From: the human T2T-CHM13v2.0 reference genome, Homo sapiens
Length of the DNA: 64,000 nucleotides
Assembly (NCBI RefSeq): GCF_009914755.1
Contig: NC_060928.1
Strand: one strand, 5' to 3'
Of the stretch, positions 39,204-53,327 are shown in pieces. Position numbers and translations under genes: made by a program. How positions within the stretch are numbered: position 1 is the stretch's first letter; each line of letters opens with the position of its first letter. The notes below the pieces were generated by a model. That model did not search any database and was not told the DNA's origin. It saw only the letters and a list, made by a program, of their open reading frames with translations.

Positions 39204-40245
39204 TAGAGTACTTTTTGAATACCAACCTCTTAACTGGACATAACACTGTATATTTAACCATAGGAAACCATTATGACAAAAAGGTAAATAAATAAACTTG
39301 TAACTCAGAAGACAAAACTGTTTAACAAGTCAAATAAAGCATAAACTATAAATAACAGTAAGCAAAGCTTTAAAATTTTGATTTAAAACCACAAGGTTGT
39401 GTCAATAATCCTAGGTCGTGGCTTAAAAAAGGTTATGATACAATTGAGAAAATGGGTTTCTGTTATGGAAAAGCATGTCAGGTGATTCTGGAGGAGGCAC
39501 TGAGATAAGGTAACTTAAAAAATAGTATACAATTAATTTTGCTGTGATCCAGCTTTATCGTCTGAATATATGATTTTTAATAATAATTTTCAATAATTAT
39601 TTGATTATACAAAATCTACTCTATAACTCTTCATTTATCTTTCTTGGCCTATAAACTTCGTCTTTTAAAAAAAATTCTACAAGGTTTGTCTGCTCCTAAA
39701 TTCATTTCTTTACATGTAAGTATTCTAGGCTAGCTCCACTTAATGGCCTATTAGCATAAAATTTCACTTCTTGTACTTAATTTAAGAGATATACTATCTG
39801 CTCTTGTCTAAATCTTTATAAATACTAGCTAAAATAATTAGTTTTCTGTTAAAAATGATTTTGTAACATTCCATGAAGTCTTATCTATTGTCTTGCTCTC
39901 AGTGCTTACCTCTAATACCTGATAGCTTATTGTAAAATCATTCACTTGGTCCCCATTTTGAAAAAAAGAATGAGGAATTCAAGTTCTAATTATAACTGTA
40001 CAAATGGAAACTTGATGTGAGATAAACGAATTATCTCAAAGCCTGAGACTCTTTCTTGACAATCACAAGAGTGAATTATTTGACCTACAAATACTCCTTT
40101 TCTGCTGTCTAACCTTATTGGCATCTTTGGCAGGGGTTTGTTCTATTTTCTTTGTGCTTTCTTTACCATTAAAAAATAGGCAGTATTTACTTTACTTTTA
40201 TCTCTAAAAGTTTATTTGATCATGGGCTATTTTTAACTCAACTCA

Positions 40246-40599
<354 letters not shown>

Positions 40600-41242
40600 G
40601 CAATGCAATAAATGGTAGAGGCTACCAAAACTTATGAATTAAAAGGAGAAGTGGAAAGAGAAAATGGTTGTTAAGAGCATAATATATACATGGCATTGTG
40701 TGAGGTACTCAGAGATTTCTAGATTTCTATACTCAGAAAAACCCTGCAAGTGGCAATAATTATTATTTATCACTTGTATATGTGTGCACATGTGTGTGTA
40801 GGTGGTTGCGTGGGTGGGTGTGACACTTTAAGAAGTAATCTCTTTTCAAGTTTTTCTGACTAAAAAATCTATGATTTTGCCTCTATCTATATTGTATAGT
40901 GTTGTTTGAATGCACAATCTGGAAGATTAAAAACCTATTTCTGATGCCTCCATGTGGCTGTTTCTTCAAGACAGAGTCCCAAATTGATATATCCATGAAA
41001 GAGGCAGGAGAAGGATTTGAGGATCTCGTGGTTCTCATGATCTTTGTAGTTACAGATCCTGCTCTTTACAGGTGAGATAATTGTCGAAAGAGGAAGGGAT
41101 ACACACAGCTGTCTTTGCTGTTGAGTGGAGCTAGCACACTTTTCAATTTGCATATTTTCAAACTCACACAAACTCTAGGAGATATTTTTTCTTCCATTTT
41201 AGAAAAGATATAACAGCAGATCAGGGAATTTAAGTAACTTGC

Positions 41243-41879
41243 TGTGGTAGTTTTGTACTGTTTGAACCTTGCCAGGTGAAACTACATTTTCCAGTATTCC
41301 TTCCTTGTGTAGTTCTAGTTCAGGCTTGGCTACCAGAAGAGATGAATTTCAGATTTAGAAGATGGGACTGAAGCAGCAGCCCCCACTCTCTGAAATTCAG
41401 CATAGGGTTCAGGTGCTGCCACAGCTGAAAACACGTTTTCCCTGCTCTGCTGGCTCACTTTGTAAGCATAGGGCAAGCTCACGGCAACTCCAGCTCTGCA
41501 TTCAAGTGTCTTTCTTCATGCTAAGTCCTAGGACAGGCATTTGTGCAGGTTCAGGATGAAGGTCAACAGTTTATTCTGTAGGTCACAGAGGTTAGAGACA
41601 GTGAAAGATAGAGGCAGGGTTCACTTTGTCTTTGTGAGTCTTGGTTTCTCCCCATGAGTGCCGGTTGTCTTTGCTCTTCCCACTTCAAATTCAGTTTTTC
41701 TAATTGCTAGCACTGCTGACCTACACTGACTGCAGAACTGCTAAAGACACAGAGGTAACAACTTTTCATAGACATCGGCATTGGCACTCATAATTATGTA
41801 GGATCAAATCTCACTAATAAATTTCTAATTCCACATCACTCATAGTAGTTCTACTTCTTGATAGATCCTAAATTATGTA
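41243..41879 (+). mobile_element. ERVL solo LTR (LTR33/LTR41-like) inserted in a MIR
   Basis: TGTGG start, AACTACATTTTCCAG...GAAGCAGCAGCC, AATAAA near the end. 5-bp TSD CTTGC at 41238-41242 and 41880-41884. MIR-like text on both sides. Confidence 0.7.
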
Positions 41880-42918
41880 CTTGCTAGTTTCCATACAGCT
41901 GACACATGGGTAAGATTAAAACTTTAATCTGGTTGTATAATACATGCACTTTCCCCTTCACCAGAGTGAATTTTAAGAGAGGGAAAAGAAAGTGCAGGAG
42001 ACTCTAATTCCCCTGACCATTAATAATAATGTGGCTCGAGAGCTTTCTCCAGATTGAATCCTTCCTTTTACTCTTTTATGTGCAGACGCATCAAAGGGAA
42101 TGTATTATTACTGCTGAAATCTGTGCTGAACCGCCAAATATTCAACACTCTAAACCCCTCTCTATTGGATACTACTCATTAACAAAGTAAAAAACAATTA
42201 TCCTGGGCATGACAGCTCTTTATTATTTTTCATGCATCACAGTAAGCCTTTTTCATATAAAATTATATAGTCACTGAAAATATTCATCTTTCCTAAATGT
42301 ACTTTTTGCAGCTGTAATCGATCTGCATCTAGATGATTTTGGTCTTTCAAATGGTTGAGAAACTTCTTTACTGGGCAGTTAATCCCATTTATGTTCTGAG
42401 TGACCAATTTGTGCGTTATATTACCTGCCATAATATCTCCATTGTACATAATATATATTTGATTTAACAGCTGTAATCTTACCAAACTGCTGTTTTTCAG
42501 TCAATTGTCTTCATGGACTCAGATTTTCAGAGGAAATCTTCCTGGAACAACAGCCAATAATTATCTAAGGGTACTACATCTACTATAGATGTCAGCTCAT
42601 CAATACCATTTTCATATTATCAATATTTTTGTATCTTACATAAAATCTTTGCTTTATTCATGTGGAATGTTAACAAGGACTAGTTCCCCAGCTCCAATAT
42701 TTAACCCCAAACATTGTTCTTTTAATGATTTAATGATTAACAATTTATTTTAGAAATTGTTTCATGGGTATTATTATTTTTAGAAAGACAAAATTTTTGC
42801 CATAAAGACATTATTTCCCTTCAGTACTGAAAGGTTATTAAGTTGAAGTGTCCTTCTTGCATGCAATAATTAACAAAGTGATTTGGTTCAAAGATTCTAC
42901 ATGTGCACTAAAATACAT

Positions 42919-43369
42919 TTTGATGGTTAATATTGAGTGTCGACTTGATTGGATTGAAAGATGCAAAGTATTGATACTGGGTGTGCCTGTGAGGGTGTTG
43001 CCAAAGGAGATTAACATTTGAGTCAGTGGGCTGTGCCCACCCTTAATCTGTGGGCACAATCTAATCAGCTGCCAGCGAATATAAAAGCAGGCAGAAAAAT
43101 GTGAAAAGGCGAGACTGGCCCAGCCTCCCAACCTACATCTTTCTCCCGTGCTGGATGCTGGATGCTTCCTGCCCTCAAACATCGGAGTCGAAATTCTCCA
43201 GTTTTGAAACCTGAACTGGCTCTCCTTGCTCCTCAAGCTTGAGGACAGACTATTATGGGATCTTGTGATCATATAAGTTAATAGTTAATAAACTCATATA
43301 TATATATAATATAATATATATATATATCTCCTATCGGTTCTGTCCCTGTAGGGAACCCTGACTAATACG
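42919..43369 (+). mobile_element. MLT2A1 solo LTR (HERV-L)
   Basis: TGATGGTTAATATTGAGTGTCGACTTGATTGGATTG...GAATATAAAAGCAGGCAG...AATAAACTC...GAACCCTGACTAATAC. TSD TACAT at 42914-42918 and 43370-43374. Confidence 0.92.
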
Positions 43370-43667
43370 TACATTTCTAGTATTAAAGATCTTCAGTCCA
43401 TGATTTTATTAAGAGCAGACATTGACTAATTCCCATGTGTTAATTAAAAGCAATTTAATTTACTTTATTTCATAACTTTATTCAAATCAGATCACATGTA
43501 TAAAGTTCTCACTTTTTGTTGAATGAAATTATATGTAAGGATTGACTTTTGTAGCTAATATATAAAATTACTCCAATGAAGCCCAATTTGCACTTTATCT
43601 ACCTACCATAATTGTTGAGAGATAAAGTCACCAGAAAAAGGTAATTAAAGGACAGTTCGAATCTTGA

Positions 43668-43997
<330 letters not shown>

Positions 43998-44189
43998 GAA
44001 ATATGCACTTTACATACAACTTTGGGAGTAATATTTTAAGTTTATGCTTTACAATTTTGAAATGCATAACGTGTAGTAAGTTAAAGGTTTACTCTTCACA
44101 TTTTGCTTTTGTTTCAGTGAAAACTATGATATATGTTGCAGAAATTTCTTATTGTCTTTTGATGTCTTTTTAAAATTTTTTACTATAGG

Positions 44190-44590
44190 AGTAATATCTT
44201 TAGCTTGACACATGCCCACACAGCATAAAAACTACACTTTAAAGCCTCTGTCTCAGATTACTCTGTCCATGTGACTACATCTTGGTCAATGGAGTCTTCT
44301 GTGACATCTTTTTTGAACCTTTCCTAAGATTCATTTGGCCAGTTCCTTGTCCCTCTTCTATTTCATTGTTCTGTTGTCTGGAATATGGATGCTGCCACAT
44401 ATGAGGATGATAATTTATCTAATAGATAGATTATGTGACTATAGCCATTAATTAACTATAAGACCAAGTCTCTAGGATATTAACTGAAATGGAGGCAAAT
44501 ATCTAGCTTGATAGCTATATATAAGCAGTGAATTATTTATATAGTTGAAAGGAAGGGGATGTTCCCTCCTTAAAGTAGCTTAAACCAAAG
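44190..44590 (+). mobile_element. MLT1-type MaLR LTR remnant
   Basis: CCATGTGACTACATCTTGGTCAATGGAG, CTGGAATATGGATG. Weak match. Confidence 0.4.
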
Positions 44591-45244
44591 TCAGCATATA
44601 TTTAATATTCTAAAAAAGGTTTTTAGTTTGATACATACAAAAATGTAAGACACAAAGTAGATATTCAATCGTAATAATAGTATGTATTATATACACTATA
44701 AGGCATAGTTTTCAAGATGTTTAGTTATTCATACATTTAATCCTTATAAAATAGTTTGGATTTGAAAGTAACTTTCCTCCTCTGATAAGCTCCTAAGTCA
44801 GAAAATAAATTAAGTTTTTAAATCTCTCCTCTTGGTCGTGATGGAATTTTTAGGCCCCTTCCTGCAGGAAGGCAACTTGGGAGAATAAAATAGCAGATAA
44901 TTGTCCTGACTCCCACTACTACTTTCATAAAACATGTGGACTTAACAGAAGCCTATGTAAGAAGTTTCCGCTCAGAATTTAAAACTGAAAGGCATACAAA
45001 GCCTCTTTCTCACCAAATTCCTTTTAAACAATCTCTAGGACTTGAATTTGAGGTAGAAGGTATGAAACACTTACGAGTCATTACCGATTTTCTAAATTAT
45101 TTCTGGTCATCTCTTCCATTTCCTGAGCCCTCAATGATGGCCTCATAATTATTCTTGTTATTATTTTTTCATTCTTTCTGCTGTGTAGGGATTTCCCTAA
45201 ACTTCTACTCTTTCTGATTCCAGGCCTATGACTTATCCTAAATC

Positions 45245-45452
45245 ACCATTCTCAATCAGAGCAGTATCATCTCTCTAGGGGGCATTCGATAATGTGAGAA
45301 GGCTTTTGAGTTGTCATAGAAACTGGTACAAAATACTGGTATCTTTATGCAGTGTCCAAGAATATAATTCATTGTTTAGTAATAAGATTGTTCCCACCCA
45401 AAAAGACTGCCTTTCCCAAAATGCTAGCAGTGCACATATTAAAATACTCAGG
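45245..45452 (+). mobile_element. MER20-like hAT MITE
   Basis: ATTCTCAATC...AGGGGGCATTCGATAATGTGAGA...GTTGTCAT...CCCAAAATGCTAGCAGTGC. Confidence 0.6.
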
Positions 45453-45549
45453 TCAAAATGATGAAGAGGGTGTAGGGATGGAAACCAGCTTAATATGACT
45501 GAATATGCATTCATCATTATAAAGTGCTCAACAACATTATACTACTAAT

Positions 45550-46040
45550 GAATCAATGCTACTTTCCTGTTTAAAATATCCCACGGGCTCTTCATAACCC
45601 AGGCTCTAACATCTGCTCACCCTCAATTAGCAGAGTGTCTCACTTGCTTTTTATACTTGGCATCCTAAGCTCACAATACCTCAAATATGTCAAGCTCTTC
45701 CAAGGACTGACCTATTTGGGCACTATTTTTTTTTCTCAACTTAGACTATTTATTCACTTTAACATTATATTAAACTTGTAAGGGCTTACATAGGTCTAAG
45801 TATCAAATCATCTGTGAAAAATACTTTGGCCTGGTCAGGGTGACTTTGCGATTTCTTCCTCTGAATACGAGAGGATTGACTATATTATCACTGGGTCTCT
45901 TTACATTGATTATAAGTATTGGTTTACATTAGAAATTCTTCCTTTAGAGATTTGTGAATTCTTTAAAGACAGTTGGTTTAATCTATGTATCCTTAATGTT
46001 TAACAAATAATATAACCTGTAATAGATTTTTCAAGAAATA
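45550..46040 (+). mobile_element. L2 3' portion
   Basis: CTACTTTCCTGTTTAAAATATCCC...TGTGAATTCTTTAAAGACAG...TATGTATCCTTAATG...AAGAAATACTTGT. Confidence 0.6.
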
Positions 46041-47193
46041 CTTGTCCCAAAAGTAAATTTAAAAATAATGAGAACTTTTTGTGTAGATAATATGGTTCTT
46101 GCTCTTACTCTTCATGTTAAGTACAACGATAAGTCCTGGAAACAGTGCAAGAGGCAGCCAAATAAGAACTTGAGAAGGTAGAAAGAGGGAGATTAACTGG
46201 CTTGAAACCCCAGGACCAGAAGACCATCACGGCAGCTGGGTGTCTTACATTCTGCCACTCAACAGAACAAAGTTATCCATACCTTGCATTTGCCAATTTC
46301 CAACCAAACAATGGAACACAGCCCACAGAAGCTGATTCCTGCTTCAGACTAGCAGAAATTCTTCTAACAATACAAAGCGGTTTGGCATCAATGTCAAGAA
46401 GGATAAACAGATAGTTCCACAAACAAAGACAAACAAATAGAAAACAAATAATACAGTGTTAGACTTAAGTACTATAATATCAATAATTACCTTTAATGTA
46501 AATACATCAATCAACGACAGTCTGACAGAATTAGTAAAAAAAAAAAAAACATGTGACCCAGCTATATGCTATTTGCAACAAACTCACTTTGTACTCAATA
46601 ACATAAAGATGTTAAGTAAAAGTATGAAAAATATATACCATGAAAAGATTAACCAATAAATAGAAGAATTAGTTATATTTATGTCTGGAGAAGTAGACAT
46701 TAGAGTCAAGAAAATTACTATTAACAGAGAAATTCATAATGAAGAAAGGATCAATCCATCAGAAAGACATAACAATCTTAAGTGTGGATTCATTAAACAA
46801 CACGGTCTGAAAATACATGAAGCAAAACTTTACAATGCTGAAAGGAGAAATAGAAAAACCCACAATTATAATTGAGGGCTTTAATACCCCTCTCTCGGCA
46901 ACTGATAGATGCACTAAATGGAAAAAATGGCAAAGAGACAGAAGATCAGAGCAACACAATCAATCAACAGGGTCTAATTGGCACATGTAGAGCACTTCAC
47001 CCCAAAAAGCAACAGATAAGTTTTTTCAAGTTCCTGCAGAACATTCACGAAGAGACTATATTCTGGGTTATAATACAAATCTCAACAAATCTGTTTTAAT
47101 TGAAATCATTCAGAGTTTGTCCTCCAGGCCCAGTGACATCAACCAAAAATTCATTAAATAAATATAAATAGTGATATCTTTAAACATGTGTAA

Positions 47194-47522
<329 letters not shown>

Positions 47523-47844
47523 GTAAATATTATACTTCTAAATAAGCTATGAATCCAAGAGAAAGTCTCAAGAAAAACCCCTAGAACTAAAGAAAAATAA
47601 AAATATACTGTATCAATATATACAATATGGGTAAAGTAGGGCTGAGAGGAAAATGGTGGCACTACATGAATACAGTACAACCAGGAAAGGTCTTAAATCT
47701 AAGTTTCTATCTCAAGGACCTAGAAAAGGAAGAGCAAATAAAACTCAAAGAAGGTAGAAAGATCAGGGTAGGAAAAAATAAAATTGTGAATATAAAAATA
47801 GAGAAAATCAATGAAATAAAAAGCTGGCCTTCAGAAAAATTAGT

Positions 47845-48870
47845 CACCTATATAGTGTACATCGTAACTATTAAGTAATTTCTCATTTCTTACTCCCCTT
47901 TTACCCTTCCACCCTTATGAGTCTCTAGTGTCTATTATTCTTCACTCTATATCCATATGTACATGTAATTTAGCTCCCACTTATAAGTCTGAACATGCAA
48001 TATTTGACTTTCTGCTTCTGAGTTATTTTACTTAAGGTATGGTCTCCAGTTCAATTCATGTTGCTATAAAACACATGAATTCATTCTTTTTTGGGTAAAT
48101 AGTATTCCATTTCATAAAGAAAGTGTGGTATATACACTTATCTTTTGGTATATATCACATTTATCTTTTCATTTTTTTTACTTTTTTAAAATTATACTTT
48201 AAGTTCTGGGTTACATGTGCAGAATGTGAAGTTTTGTTCCATAGGTATACATGTGCGCTGGTGGTTTGCTGTACCCATTAAACCGTCACCTACGTTAGGT
48301 ATTTCTCCTAATGTTATCCCTCCCTTAGCCCCCCCATCCCCTGACAGGGCCCAGCATGTGATGTTCCCCTCCCTTTGTCCATGTGTTCTCATTGTTCAAC
48401 TCCCGCTTATGAGTGAGAACATGATATGCCACATTTATATATGTGTATATGTATATATATGTGTATATGTATATATCTCATTTGTGTATATATGCACACA
48501 TTCCATTTCATATAGACCCATACATTCCATTGATGAATACTTAAGTTAATTTCATGTCTTTGCTATTGTGAATCATGCTGTGATAAACATATGAGTGTAG
48601 GCATCTTTTTGAGTTTTAATGTAATCATTTATTTTCCTTTGAGTAAATACCAACTGGTAGAATTGCTAGATTGAATGGTAGTTTTATTTTTAGTTCTTTG
48701 AGAAACCTCCGTACTGTTTTCAATAAGGGTTGTACTAATTTACATTCCCATCAACAGTATGTAAACATTCACTTTTTAATAATAGCCATTCTAACTGAAG
48801 TAAGATGGTATCTCATTGTGGTATTAATTTGCATTTCTCTGATGATATTGAGCGTTTTTTCATATGCTTG
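47845..48870 (-). mobile_element. L1MA/PB-like 3' fragment nested in the L1MD
   Basis: TTTAGCTCCCACTTATAAG...GACTTTCTGCTTCTGAGTTAT...ATAGCCATTCTAACTGAAGTAAGATGGTATCTC. Confidence 0.8.
48172..48423 (-). mobile_element. L1PA7/8-like 3' UTR fragment
   Basis: TTATACTTTAAGTTCTGGGTTACATGTGCAGAATGTG...ATGAGTGAGAACATG. Flanks ATATCACATTTAT/ATGCCACATTTAT. Confidence 0.9.
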
Positions 48871-49495
48871 TTGTCCAGAAATGGACTCATAAAAGTATGC
48901 CTAAATTATTTTTGGCAAAAGTATAAAAGACATCAATAGAGGAAGTAATAGGCTTCTAAACAAATAGTGCTGAAACAATTAAACATCTATGGGCAATAAA
49001 TAAATAAATAACATTGGCCTAAACCTCATACATTATACAAACATTAACTCAAAATGGAGTGCAGACTTAAATGTAAAACTGTAATATGTTTAAAAAACTT
49101 TAGGAGAAAATCTTTCAGTTCTATGTCTGTATAAAGAATTCTTAGATTTAATAGTAGAATAGTGACCCATAGTAGAAAATTTTGATAAATCAAACATTAC
49201 CAAAACAGGTAATATTTTCTGTGCACACAAAAAAAAACAAAACCTCAAAAACAAATAAAAAACTGTTAGCTGAATAAAAAGACAAGCTACAGACCTGGAG
49301 AAAAGCATTTGAAAATCATAATGAAGGAATGTATACAAAGAACCTCCAAATCTGAGTATTAATAAAACAATCACTTAAAAATGAGCAAAAAACCACTAAC
49401 ATATATTTCACTGATGAGAATATATCAATTATATGTGTGTGAAAAGATGTTCAACATAATTAATCATAAGGAAAATTCAAATTAAGACCATAATG

Positions 49496-49767
49496 TGTGT
49501 ATGTGTGCGCATGTGGACCAAGTTTGGCACCATTTTATTACCTGTGTAGGTTTATGTATCCACCGCTGCAGTCCTGATGAATGACTTTCAAAGCCACGAG
49601 GATACTTTGTTTTGTTTCTTATAATCACAACTGCCTACTTCATGCTCTACCCACTACTCTCACCCCCTTAATTACTTAAATCACTAATTTGTCCTCCATT
49701 TCTAAAATTTTTCATTTCATAAATGCTTAATCCATGGAACCATCTAATGTAAGATCTTAATGTCATG
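49496..49767 (-). repeat. Inverted copy of host L1 3' UTR segment (~50212-50480), flanked by 13-bp direct repeat
   Basis: Reverse complement aligns to ~50212-50480 (CTTACATTA, GTGAGAGTAGTG, GTGGCTTTGAAA, AACCTACACAGGTA). TAAGACCA(T/C)AATG at 49483-49495 and 49768-49780. Confidence 0.85.
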
Positions 49768-50459
49768 TAAGACCACAATGATACGTCAATACACACCTAT
49801 ATGAATGAATAAAGTAAAAAATTGTGACAATACCAAATGCTAGTGATTATGTGGAGAAACTGAATTATTCCTGGCAGGGATTTAAAATGGCACTGCTACT
49901 CTGGAAAAAGTTTTGGTAGCTTCTTATAAAACTATACATGTAATTGTTATAAACCTCAACGTTTGAACTCAGGTGTTTAAGAGAAAGAAAGATGTATTCT
50001 CACACAGAAACCTGTATGTGAGTGTGTACAGCAGCTTAATTCATAATTTTCATTGGAAATAGCTCAATTGTCTTAACAAGTGAATGGTTTCACAAACGAA
50101 AGCATATACATCTGGCAGAACACCAATCAGCAGTGGAAAGGATTATCCTTTGATATACACAATGTGGATGTATCTTCTGTGAATTATGCTGAATGACAAA
50201 AATCAAATCTAAAAGGACTTACATTACAAGATTATTCCATTGATAAAGCTTTTATGAAACGACAAATTTTAGAAATGGATGACAGTTTAGCACTTTAAAT
50301 AATTAAGGCTGTGAGAGTAGTGAGGAGAGCTTGAAGAAGGTAGGTGTGGTTATAACAAGAAACACAAGTGATCCTTGTGGCTTTGAAACTCTTCCATCTT
50401 GACTGCAGTGGTGGATACATTAACCTACACAGGTAGTAAAATGATGTCATAATTAGTGT

Positions 50460-50720
50460 ACATGCATGCATATATATACATATATACATATATACACATA
50501 TATACATATATACACATATATACATATATACATATATACATATACCTATATACGTATATACATATATACATATACCTATATACGTATATACATATATACA
50601 TACATATACATGTACATATACACATACATATACATGTACATATACACATATATACATGTACATATACACATATATACATGTATATATACACACACATATA
50701 TACATATATGCGTGCATGTG
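50460..50720 (+). repeat. (TATATACA)n-type alternating purine-pyrimidine microsatellite with 30-bp higher-order unit
   Basis: CATATATACATATACCTATATACGTATATA repeated at 50531 and 50561. Confidence 0.95.
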
Positions 50721-51031
50721 CGTAGGCAAGCAGAAATCTGGAAAGGACCGCACAGGACCAGTAGATTCTATTCATGTCAATATCTATATTTGGGTTGTCA
50801 TATTACATCATAGTTTTTCAAAATATTGCTATTGGGGAAGCCAAGACAAAGTATACACAGAACATCTCTGTATTCTTTCTCACAACTTTATATGAATCTA
50901 TAATTACCGCAATTATTTTAATTAAAGAGTAAAGAAGATTTGTTGATTGTTGATTATATTAGCCTCACCTCCCTCTTTGTTTCTCCTGTTCATCTTATAT
51001 CTGCTTATCAGTGTCTACAAAGGTTTCACTG

Positions 51032-51055
51032 CAGCAGCAGCAGCAGCAGCAGCAG
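51032..51055 (+). repeat. (CAG)8 trinucleotide repeat
   Basis: CTG(CAG)8CGG. Confidence 0.95.
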
Positions 51056-52660
51056 CGGATTTTTTTAAAAATAGCAAAAATCATAATAATATTTTAAGAT
51101 ACTGGATATAAAAGTGAACTTTGTGTTAGATAATAACAACAGCTTAAGAAAAGGCTCAGTTTCAGGAGAAAAATATGCCAAGGAGAAATGGATAAAATTG
51201 AGATTAGAATTAAACATGACAAGGTGGAACCACAGACAACAAAAACAAAGGGAAAGCAAGATATATATATATACACACAAACTTATACATGTACTACTAT
51301 ATATATATAATATACACATGAAATGAATATAATCACATATTTAAATACCATTGTGTATAGTTTCCAAAATAAACAATTTATTTATTTTTGAAAGTACATG
51401 TATGTATGTTTCATTATCAAAGAAAATAAATGATAAATGTAGCAGGATTTCACTGTATAGTTTTCCATTACTTTAGAAATTATACAGTGTAAAAATCAAC
51501 TAATCATCAGAGTATGAGGTCAAACAGTCATAGAGATTATGTGAGAGGAATCTGGAGACACTTCTCAAAGATTTGGAAATAAGTTAAATAAGATTTATCT
51601 TATTAGAGGCAAATTACAATCACTGAATGTAGAGGCAGAAAAAATATTAAAAACTTCAGTGCTTCGCAAACTGTTTCATCAAAGCAACCTCAGTTCAAGA
51701 GAAGGATTGGTCCTCAAGATCTGGACAAAAAGAGTTTGATGCATGTAACATATTTTTGGAGTCTCAGGTTTTAGAAATGTGTTTGAAATTTGCATTTTAT
51801 CCTGTGATGTATTTATGTAAACATAGTAATGTTATATATCCTTCTGCTCCATCATGTAAAATTTTTGACTCAGGGACACAAATAGTTTATTATAAGGCTT
51901 CTACCCCAGTTTGGGAAGCAGGGCTTTGCGAAGGCAAATGGCTCTTACTTCAGAGGAGGTTTGATCTAATATTTTAACATTCAAGAAACAGTATAGATAA
52001 ATTGTAGCAGTGAGTCCTTCCAAGCATGTCCAGAGCAGTCAGTAGCTTGAGTCATGATTTAAAATATTATCATCCTGTTGGCCAGACCATCCTAGTACGG
52101 AAAATAATGAATTAGATAGATTTCTTCAACCAAATTATTTAACTTATTCTCCTTATTATGACTCACTGCCAGCCAAGCAAGTGTCAAATTTTAATTTTTT
52201 TCCACAAACACATAACTACAAAAGTGAAAGAGCTAGCTAAAGTAACGCATATAAATGCATATACGCATATAAAGTTATGCATATAAAATAAGAAAAATAG
52301 CGTTCTGTGCATATCTCTCTGTATGTTTTGCTTATAGTGCTTAACTCATGAGAATTTGATTCATTCTCTAGAAACAAACAAAAAAAATCCGCCTTTTCTT
52401 TTCACAAATCTGTCAATTCTAGACCATTAATCCCTCTGTCATAGTACTACACAGGGAAGCCTCCTTGGTAGTCAGCTGCACTTGGAAACTCCACAGGCTT
52501 TGTTACTCTTCAAATCAAGCTTCTACAAAGCCAGAGGAAGTGTTTCTGGTTTTATAATCTGAAATTTTCAAGCTTTAATTTTATGGTAGATAGGAGAAGA
52601 AAACATATTTTGAAGGGAGAGATATGGAAGTTGCCTAAAAGTTTTCATTAGAACAGAATC

Positions 52661-52668
52661 TGAGAGAC

Positions 52669-52727
<59 letters not shown>
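52661..52727 (+). repeat. (GA)n microsatellite
   Basis: Near-pure GA run of about 60 bp. Confidence 0.95.
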
Positions 52728-52731
<4 letters not shown>

Positions 52732-53055
52732 GATGGGTATGTAGGAGAACAAAAAAAACCAACATTAGGTAAAGAAATCTAAGAGGAAAATCAGAAAAAC
52801 ACAAACATTCACCAATTAGAGAGCTAGATGATGATTTGTCAATACAACAAAATACGATTGTAATCTCATCTATAAGTAATTATACATACAGAGACGCAAG
52901 ATAGTATATGTGTAAACTGTAAGTCAATTTATGGGCTGATCTCATTTCACTTCACAAACATGCACACTTATCTGAGTATATATATTTTAATAACATGCGT
53001 TACTTCGTTACTTATATCATTATACAAAACAAATACAAAACGGGAGACCTTCTAG

Positions 53056-53327
<272 letters not shown>

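Noticed and set aside
42838-43272. 144-aa minus-strand ORF
   Set aside because: Antisense reading of the MLT2A1 LTR.
50295-50895. Overlapping 79-152 aa Y/I/H/T/V/C-rich ORFs
   Set aside because: Artefacts of a stop-free (TATATACA)n microsatellite.
51032-51055. Possible polyglutamine exon
   Set aside because: No sizeable surrounding ORF or convincing splice pair.
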